64,000 nucleotides of DNA from Candidatus Obscuribacteraceae bacterium (GTDB taxonomy: Bacteria > Cyanobacteriota > Vampirovibrionia > Obscuribacterales > Obscuribacteraceae). Made by a program: the position numbers and the translations under genes. Position 1 is the first letter of the stretch; each line of letters starts with the position of its first letter. The DNA lies in contig JBGAHS010000010.1 in assembly GCA_044226015.1 (NCBI GenBank), positions 128,001 to 192,000 of the forward strand, in the 5' to 3' direction. Under the pieces are notes generated by a model. It was not told the DNA's origin. It ran no database searches and saw nothing but the letters and a program-made list of their open reading frames with translations. Shown piece by piece: positions 60,001 through 64,000 of the stretch.

Positions 60001-60679
60001 CAGATGTGATGCTGCCTGCATTGTTGATGTTCTGCACCGCATGCAGTGTCAGATTCTGACCTGCCTGCAGCGAGGCAATCACACCTCCAGCCAGGTTATT
60101 AATGTTATTGGCGTTAACATCGAGTTGTTGTCCGTTACCCGAGAAGTAAAGTGCACCAGCATTGGTCAGATTACCAGTGATATTGAGAACATTGTCTGTG
60201 AGCAAGCTGGTGACCTTCACATTGTGTGGAATCACCATGTTGCTCAACGTATTGTTGGTGCCTGCACTGATGGTTGCAGAACCGCCGACGGCGCTTCCAA
60301 GTCCGCTGATGAGCAGGTTCTGTTGTCCCGAGGTCAAAACTTGATTTACTGCGAGCACTTGTGCCGGCGTCAGTAGGCTGTTTGCATTGACTAGCTGCAT
60401 CAGCCCGCCAGTCTTGATTGCGGTAGGATGGAAACCGGCAATTCCTCCGGCTAGGACGCTCTTGGTGGTTGCCCCCAGGTTCAGGTTGGAAGGCAGTGCG
60501 CCCGTCATTGCTGATTTTTGCGATACAGGCACTGTGACCGCTGTAGCGGGCAACATGCCTGAGTCAGGCCGCAGAGTCTGTTCTGCCATGGCCTGCGGTG
60601 AGGCAACGAGTTGTAATAAACATAGAAAACTCGGCCAGGTGACCATTTCCCGGGAAGTTTTGGTACGCAAGAATTGCAT
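48050..60679 (-). CDS. Giant (4209 aa) secreted beta-strand-repeat (haemagglutinin-like) surface protein with FecR-like C-terminal domain
   Basis: Signal peptide ...PQAMA; G/S/T/N-rich GG.(V/I).(L/I) repeats; Gly-rich core; globular C-terminus. Confidence 0.85.
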   Translation of the reverse strand: MQFLRTKTSREMVTWPSFLCLLQLVASPQAMAEQTLRPDSGMLPATAVTVPVSQKSAMTGALPSNLNLGATTKSVLAGGIAGFHPTAIKTGGLMQLVNANSLLTPAQVLAVNQVLTSGQQNLLISGLGSAVGGSATISAGTNNTLSNMVIPHNVKVTSLLTDNVLNITGNLTNAGALYFSGNGQQLDVNANNINNLAGGVIASLQAGQNLTLHAVQNINNAGSITSGGNLTLNAGGTINNSGNLLANNNVNLNSAIGNYINSGNITASTGNINIASATASTATSVDGLGGTLSALMGSINVGSSLSNNLNMKDGNYLSQALNLKGSNIEVNVGDVTGTVNVSGCEAHFWSETENLSLGVWDVSGDPLISNTGNIDISQTAALSGTEYVILAGGNITSNTDTFTINTSSNAKAGGTVMLGAGVNYKSPSILGPSKTGGDILLSNLKGTIIDSSSSKLNSAGGNVTLFAFANPNDATVGGHVLLGSTTTIKTAGNGTGKNGDVLVVAGAQSTVGTPITVQLGNINTAGGASGTGSIGVYTSTPNTAAKAITIDTTLGTVKSGSFIGGTPVNGAVTTGALTTSGGNVTIAAGGNANAGAAITVTGAIDTSSTTKAAGNVSLTATNTTGSNITVTGNITTTSLIHGGNVTVASPGTLSLQAIDSSDHSVSPTGAAGNVILNAGGTGSKAITFTGISATGTSGGLVEVVASGSITSNAASLGASQYNINSGGETTGSAGNIIVLAGVKSTLNSDGTLSTTTVSSSGGDLLFSGQATAIRSSVGANNIAGNAGNITLAAGGVSNTAGRISIAGSIEAEGGQLPASVGKSGNVFVSAGEITNATNPVTIVLQNMDTTNGTQAGGGDITIKTGQVGSNLAFTASGALQSGDPNSGANITGAVSVGNISTTGANIVATGSTGGNVTITAGRNISAATAISTGSISTGSSTLGPGGVTAASSSGGNVIITSGILGANVNEDIVIGGNITTTGYSSAATGGEVRIIAGTNLNLSASTVTTGTSGSGAGGGSVTLLAGSSSQKGNITFKNVSTTGIFGGAVEMIASGNISSTFTGLEIDSSGSITNQNGNGGNVILVAGASATTGKIGTAPTISINGSSGFGGNITLTSGSSTVIDTTFSGLFSNVTGSGGAVTMLAYGTAAGTGKVTLTGDISTGSYFNGIFNSSTKITTYIGGSGNVIVVAEGPNSSGPTINIQNIDTNGTVNGTGTIILSTASPGATAGQPLVINDLSGNVLSGNATGTSYVSGGVKAGNLATNGGSVTVNAGSNNSTFAIDLASIDTHANSTLGGSGGAVYLTSGLDKATSNTSIRVTGNISTQGFTITDPGVGAKPVTGVGGNVAILTPADINVVDITTGDSTSATSGSGANGGTVILFAGDTTLGTGNVSFGTISTKGGSTNNGINNTGAGGDVEIVSIGTSGAISGTLINTDQNSSVASGDAGSVMISTPGGISVTNISMKAALSLGRAGYAFLSAGAASGTTIVAAVDASTGSGSNQGNLFGFFNNTVASKFDGSIANIGDKTIAISSAPTQLALGMTVSGAGVPAGTFITSLSYTGSVLTSIGINNAATGKGAATFNSASTSNISVSLNSSNLPAFYSTAPGALPGLPTTTLAFSSGAPSSIQETQGPSNIKPVFYSAGGFTSINNPATDLAITGDSRLIVPIVSLSPSGLTWNNSASASSISTVTLAFFGTSVTIGGNSNRFQNAMTAVSPGNISITSTSLQASALNLGTIVTPAKFSATIPQNISLQGTISASQVYLDSVGGATPGTGPGGTIAYNSSTLLPIFTNNLQINSNGAVGDFTNNPGRPLNIQGRGDGVSFHDSAAGSFAIQANGNLYLDNISTTKIIYTGVSPGNNSTGNMVLISTPFSQNQGSITFTNAIDTPYGNIFLAAAGSISTTGVKASLTATERSGTSPIPGGGGSIFLLAGATATMASNSVSVLGRSGIGGDISLPLITDNNSFNTQTDRSRFGGDIAVVAYSNTVAGLIGGTITIPSSSTIGAYSPSGTDTSARGSFGIAIVGEASGGPTADVTISTGNVYGGVGSVNIATATPAGSVVAPVSIGINTGDYSTKFFTGNLPNGSISTQKVSASGAGSAVNNKVSEIGLTQSGISIVAGGFVSTQELVSIGLSGSTPVTTNIAPPYQPAPGSTGLNGYAGGAGGAVYVNGNLGVSVNGGVQSFGGGGGGGTGAPFAGGLLVGGNGGNGGAGGVVAIQSNGYVLVNGGINSSGGGGGGGGGGVGGSGITEHGAGGTGGSGGSAGDITVTGGNQLGTTIQVAGDIFAVAGGRGGNGGTGMTNSKSGIYGGSGGGGGGSYGAGGGGGGAGVLEPTSANFSGLGGAGGGGTYGGGGGDTQNIASTAAIPQQQSGFGGWGGGAYLPILGNKSQASGVYAAGVFGGAPNESLTSPTNGLPYFSTATSGSGNVGGFGGHYYTDSGLLSSGTTTLLPSAIGGTFANGGSGGASANTSYVPAVQGEKDAFGLPGADAVTTTGAGDGIVTMTANTFSTPSNITAGNIFLKTNGVGSTGAGNLTITGNLLASGKYSGSSPNPNCTNCAITAWVGSTLSGNLVVNSSTTINTYSGRIILENDNTSGLISIGSNSQIFAHNGGQYGLSVSIGLPTWFQKSPVPAVQGSNPANVFTVISPTTKPANFIAFGTAGITAQGPQNTIFALGTTPLQVAFQSGGVTGGNKNSITLGGGTQLGASNSTPISSLDLTDSSTIQTITAQQTSGVIGGALTFTKNNNVFAVTGGTMILYPINLSSRLSALNIPNPALPLSVTLTNFQSVNPINVNISDSSTSNNVVINSPLILTGSTQPLAFNVSSNQGSTFGINIDPTTGAALAGKGAITTSGSLTFNVQGSTIINGAITASAGTININNSVKQAPINITSTITASKGFSAITNDGDFILGSGALKTAGTGINVSAAAVQFGTNSLVKAAVTNTAGLFSLTATNGITVNSGSTVASTGGINWSSSSNKVTINGALSSTGGSIVLTNSSSVLTENTSVGANISGSKGVTINSLPNFSQNLGTTISSSNSPITLEVPSSGGQLQLNGKVAAGSSTVTLSPSTFNQAISLGGAAAFNVSPANIAAITAGTLQIGDGNNTGTMTVGSNIDSSKLNLSFVSANQTSASFTSTGQTITMGVKNLTINVGGAVNTGTVSGGTIVSIKGGTVTLNGALNPKSALTISTVGSLTTGNIAVGSNLPAVLPATFTLTAGGSNGGITGLSGLTFGPTVTALTLGAGAGGFGVPATVNTSAKTVSLSFPGTLTLNATASFSLGNSTVTDLVVNNNAKSGVVTTTGNISGTNLTINMTDPGKGSIVIGSAINESGNAALNASGTGTITSVLNKGVVTANKVTLVSGTGAIGATKSPIVVAASNLSANTTNAVYLQNNSVGTLLASKGTIFSLVSKAQDSTAAITLGGDINATTSINLAATDATSGSVHLGAFKLITTTNGIVTLTASGKGDVTQTSGDIKAAKSLTINAGTQGVSLATATNAPLLTINSSGPVAVSDSSAALTLGNSSGGASFVVTQTATAASKMTVGSISARSITLTANSGSANNILLNGVVAGVAGASDITFNVSGSLTGSGTKIIGNGLLTINGGATSTVGTSSAPVGTAVSSYNVSTSLFNATNLGSVGGSITTNAGALTLKTTGVSNIGSSSAPLATTVNGGTITLSTLTNALVNVSNTGAAVTLGVSTAGLSFGFQTTGTLTALGVSTKAPSTSLTGAGNITLVNAAGAMNINGNVQASGGNIILQNKDTASGTINIAASKQVTTIIKGATNTSQGSVTIGIANVLAAKSGQVTSLPGFVITTKNGGGIFAGANAGNIQPATPGKTANLQAIGADVIFDTTTAGRTITIGAGATVKADPIPLDAPTRVGGSLLSPTNAVTVSPANAAPAAAPSTNNSVNNGNAMNGFTSWVNNVATQTAATANKMAEAVKSAVSQYLPSTSATRDEFSFIPENFILFDGTNVRTNSSAELMVDPASDTVEISSEFKPAGLHTLLAPQMPTGMKNGSVRDFGKLGVDGRMNAGKLNLQRGSVLMVPKQDTTVETAFGSIKVNAGAVVLVVAKPEGVSIYNFHDNHSGSVATTIGKQEIKLAPGHHLTVSGQMGTFDQVNPIACIGHRTLTSSLVGSSAVHTSEFSIMSALGGMKTWAAMKQSKDRNDVHIVHTVLKNAAIIMQVRKSSGSYREYRRTNPENIAMN

Positions 60680-61119
60680 CGCTTTTCACCTAATGACTGC
60701 GAGGAGACAACAAATGGCTAAAAGTTTAACATAATTTATACTGAAGGCTTTGCAGCACCCAAGAATTTATCTTAGGCTGCTGAAGCGCTTCTCTAATGAC
60801 AACGCTAACCTGGCACATTTTGTATTGCAGCTTACAATGCGCTTCTAGTTTGTATTCCAGGTAACAATGCATCAGGGGAAACACCTCTAAAACTAAGCCA
60901 GACAGTGCTTTCGGCGGCTGTGGTGAAATCTGCAGTGAATCCACAACAAGCCGTTCCTTATAATATGTTTTCCCATCATCTAATGGAGAATCACACTTTT
61001 TTCCGAAGATGATTTTGACCAATTTGTGGAACAAAAAATCACGAGACCAATCCTCCTTTTTCATTGATTGATCAAGGTTTCGCTTGTTATTTCGAGCAAC
61101 TCATACCCCGAGAGAAAAA

Positions 61120-62472
61120 ATGACAGATATCGATAGAAAAATGCTCAAAATGAAATTGGAGAAAGAGCTTGAGGCTTTTGTGGAGAAGCATCCGCGTTCC
61201 AAGGCAATGTATGAGCGCGCTCAAAAGAATATGGTTTCTGGTGTGCCTATGAACTGGATGGTCAAATGGGCCGGAGCTTTTCCGGTTTTCGTTCAGGAAG
61301 CGAAGGGTGCGCACTTCGTTGACGTTGATGGTCACAGATATCTTGATCTTTGTCTCGGAGACACTGGGGCGATGACCGGGCACGCCCCTGCAGCAGCTGT
61401 CGAAGCGATTCAGAATCAAATTGCTCAAGGCGCAACTTTTATGTTACCGACTGAAGATTGTTTATGGGTTGCTGACGAACTGAAACGCCGCTTTCGTCTG
61501 CCATATTGGCAGTTCGCAATGACAGCAACCGATGCAAATCGTTTTTCAATTCGATTGGCCAGGCACCTTACTGGGCGGAAGAAAATTCTTGTATTCAACT
61601 GGTGCTACCACGGCACCGTTGACGAAACTTTTATCGTTCTGCGTGATGGGAAAGGTGTCAGTCGAAATGGCAACATAGGTGCTGCCGTCGACCCAGCTAT
61701 AACGACAAAGGTCGTTGAATTCAATGACATTTCTGCTTTAGAACAGGCGCTCGCAGATGCTGATGTGGCTTGCGTTCTTGCAGAGCCGGTGCTTACAAAT
61801 ATTGGTATTGTTCATGCTATGCCTGGGTTTCATGATGCTTTGCGTCGGCTTACCAGAGAGACCGGAACACTGCTCATTCTCGATGAAACCCACACAATAT
61901 GCACCGGACCTGGTGGCTATACTGCTGCGTATGGATTAGAACCCGACATTTTGACCTGTGGCAAGCCTATAGCTAGCGGCATTCCCGCTGCCGCCTATGG
62001 TTTCACGGCTGAACTTGCGGAGAAAATTGAAGCGAAAATTAAAGTGGAAGATTCTGATACTGGTGGCATTGGTGGCACGCTGGCTGCTAATGCGCTTTCC
62101 ATGTCAGCTATGCGAGCAACTTTGCAGCATGTGCTTACTGAAGATGCTTACGCGAAATCTATTCCCCTTGCGCAGAGATTCACTGAGGGCGTGCAATCGG
62201 TGATTGATGAGTACAAATTGCCCTGGTCTGTTCAACAACTGGGCTGTCGTGCCGAATATTGGTTTCGCGAAAAAGCTCCTATAAATGGCTCTGAGGCAGC
62301 AGCAGCGGTTGACTATGAATTAGATCGCTTTATGCACCTGGCTGCATTGAACAGAGGCATTCTAATGACGCCTTTCCACAATATGGCGCTGGTATCTCCT
62401 GCCACATGCGCGGCTGATATCGATGAACATACGCGTGTTTTTGCAGAATCTGTGCGTCTGCTTCTAAGCTGA
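61120..62472 (+). CDS. Class III PLP aminotransferase (glutamate-1-semialdehyde aminomutase-like)
   Basis: DVDGHRYLD, YHG, EPV, LILDETHT, CGKPIASG, GGTLAAN; substrate cannot be assigned. Confidence 0.88.
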   Translation: MTDIDRKMLKMKLEKELEAFVEKHPRSKAMYERAQKNMVSGVPMNWMVKWAGAFPVFVQEAKGAHFVDVDGHRYLDLCLGDTGAMTGHAPAAAVEAIQNQIAQGATFMLPTEDCLWVADELKRRFRLPYWQFAMTATDANRFSIRLARHLTGRKKILVFNWCYHGTVDETFIVLRDGKGVSRNGNIGAAVDPAITTKVVEFNDISALEQALADADVACVLAEPVLTNIGIVHAMPGFHDALRRLTRETGTLLILDETHTICTGPGGYTAAYGLEPDILTCGKPIASGIPAAAYGFTAELAEKIEAKIKVEDSDTGGIGGTLAANALSMSAMRATLQHVLTEDAYAKSIPLAQRFTEGVQSVIDEYKLPWSVQQLGCRAEYWFREKAPINGSEAAAAVDYELDRFMHLAALNRGILMTPFHNMALVSPATCAADIDEHTRVFAESVRLLLS

Positions 62473-62530
62473 GCGTTGTTTTTTTTGATTCTTCAGCAAG
62501 TGCCACCATTCCAGCGTTATAGAGTTCATA

Positions 62531-62637
62531 AGCCGGGTGAAAGCCGGCGCTCCCATGCCTTATTTTAGATGACGTAATACAGGTCAGCTTATTGCTAGCC
62601 TCCTTTGAGCCTGGGAGTGCCACCATCCTGGCGGCTT
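62531..62637. repeat. REP-like palindromic elements
   Basis: agccgggtgaaagccggcgctcccat and cctgggagtgccaccatcctggcggctt, reverse-complement relatives of 17005-17103. Confidence 0.6.
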
Positions 62638-62861
62638 CTGCGTTCGGGAAAATATTTTCGGCACTGTTAAAGCTGTGTTGGTTTTCTTACTCTGCTATTA
62701 CAAAGTACTTCGTTTTTAGCGGCTAATTAACAGTGTTCTTACGAATAGCGAGATCTTTCGAGACTCTTATACTGGGCTTTACATGAGCCTTACGCTATGC
62801 CACGAATTCGTACCGTTCAATGAGTAGTGTGAATGTTGTATGCAACTCGGAGGCACTAAAA

Positions 62862-63887
62862 ATGAAACCAGGTAAGAGAGCTCTACTTGTACTTCCTGCA
62901 ATTCTCTTCTTCTTAAGTCAATCAACATTCGCGCAAGATATTTCGACTGTGGTTTCGAGCACTCAGTTGCCAGCACCATATACAATGGCAACCATTCCAT
63001 TCACTGGTATCGCTCCTGCTCTTCCGATTGCTCCGCGAACACCTCTACCTGGTCCGCGGTCTATCCCTACTCGAAAACAGTCTGTTTCCAAACCTGGCAG
63101 TACGGCTGCTGCGGCCGTGACGGAAGTCGAAAGAGTTAGAGCTGTCGTGAGAACTCCGAAAAAAGCAAGTTCTTCCGTTAGATCCATAAACCGCTTTGAC
63201 AGAGTTGGCAAAGTAACCAGGGTTCCGGAAACAGAAACGAAGCCTTTGCCTTTCCTTGACCCTTCGACGAATATTTCAACTGAAGTGATAACAAAAGCTC
63301 AATCCGTTCCAAACAATCCCGAAGCTAAGACAGTAGCGCTCACATTCGACGATGGTCCTAGCCCCGTATACACACGGCAAGTTTTAGCGATTCTAAAGGA
63401 GAATCAAGTCCATGCCACATTCTGCGTTGTTGGAAGGCAAGTGAAACTGTGCCCGGATTTGGTCAGGCAAATTGTCGCAGAGGGGCATAAAATCGCAAAC
63501 CATTCGATGAATCATGACGAGAGCATCGCTAAAAAGTCTGGCAAGAAAATCAAGACTGAGGTATTAGCTGAAAACGAGTTGATTCTATCGTGTGCGCCGG
63601 AAGCCAAAATAGAATATTTTCGTGCACCTGCTGGTAATTGGAATATGAAACTGCGGAAGATGTCTGCAAGCTGGGGGATGAAAGCTCTTGGTTGGAGCAT
63701 TGACACAAAAGACTGGCAGCATCCTGGTGTTGATGCAATCGTGAACCATGTCACAAAATACATCCACTCGCGAGGCGTAGTTCTCATGCATGATGGTGGC
63801 GGTGACAGATCTGAATCGGTCGCAGCGCTAAAGCGTATCATCCCATTGTTGAAAGCTTCTGGTTATGAATTCACCTTCCCAGAGTAA
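62862..63887 (+). CDS. Secreted polysaccharide deacetylase (CE4/NodB)
   Basis: TFDDGP, NHSMNH, FRAPAG, DTKDW, LMHD; GGAGG RBS. Confidence 0.93.
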   Translation: MKPGKRALLVLPAILFFLSQSTFAQDISTVVSSTQLPAPYTMATIPFTGIAPALPIAPRTPLPGPRSIPTRKQSVSKPGSTAAAAVTEVERVRAVVRTPKKASSSVRSINRFDRVGKVTRVPETETKPLPFLDPSTNISTEVITKAQSVPNNPEAKTVALTFDDGPSPVYTRQVLAILKENQVHATFCVVGRQVKLCPDLVRQIVAEGHKIANHSMNHDESIAKKSGKKIKTEVLAENELILSCAPEAKIEYFRAPAGNWNMKLRKMSASWGMKALGWSIDTKDWQHPGVDAIVNHVTKYIHSRGVVLMHDGGGDRSESVAALKRIIPLLKASGYEFTFPE

Positions 63888-63962
63888 AAATGTCGAGCCA
63901 GCGCAATTTGCTGCAATATTCTCTCGTGTTGCTGTGCTATCCTTTTCGCCACGAGGTGTAAG

Positions 63963-64000
63963 ATGCAGATTTGGATCGACGCAGACGCTTGCCCTGTAGT
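63963..64000 (+). CDS. Start of a YaiI/YqxD (UPF0178) family protein, partial
   Basis: MQIWIDADACPV signature; GAGG RBS. Confidence 0.8.
   Translation, partial: MQIWIDADACPV

Noticed and set aside
48489..60734. Many plus-strand ORFs rich in V/P/L/T
   Set aside because: Antisense shadows of the giant gene caused by its codon bias
60680..61119. Riboswitch in the leader of the giant gene, and ORF 60726-61064
   Set aside because: There is a hairpin near 60752-60780 and fragments such as GCAAAGCC, but no complete c-di-GMP or c-di-AMP consensus in order; the ORF has no recognisable features
61120..62472. Calling the aminotransferase hemL
   Set aside because: It lacks typical HemL motifs (GGVNSPVR, SGTEA), so only the family is assigned

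Overview
Gene-dense bacterial window with about 45 credible CDSs. I recognised no rRNA, tRNA, CRISPR array or transposase. The organism is a diderm (TolC, EmrAB), and gene style plus the respiratory operon suggest a non-photosynthetic Cyanobacteriota lineage such as Melainabacteria/Obscuribacterales (inference, not verified). Main content: (1) two membrane glycosyltransferase genes joined by four tandem, translationally coupled 19-20 aa mini-ORFs; (2) a thioester alpha-2-macroglobulin; (3) a heme/oxygen neighbourhood with HemQ/ChdC, an alpha-dioxygenase-like peroxidase fused to an EF-hand caleosin-like domain, and a four-gene operon of CydA-like protein, Rieske, cytochrome b and CydA-like/cytochrome c fusion; (4) a TetR-EmrB-EmrA-TolC efflux operon with two matching 31-bp operator/promoter palindromes; (5) RNase HI with a C-terminal hybrid-binding-like domain; (6) a GH5 with a variant catalytic motif and a long PT linker; (7) a 4209-aa modular beta-strand-repeat surface protein with a FecR-like C-terminus; (8) two 15-bp minisatellites at gene ends and REP-like elements. 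All family calls come from motif recognition by eye; no searches were run.
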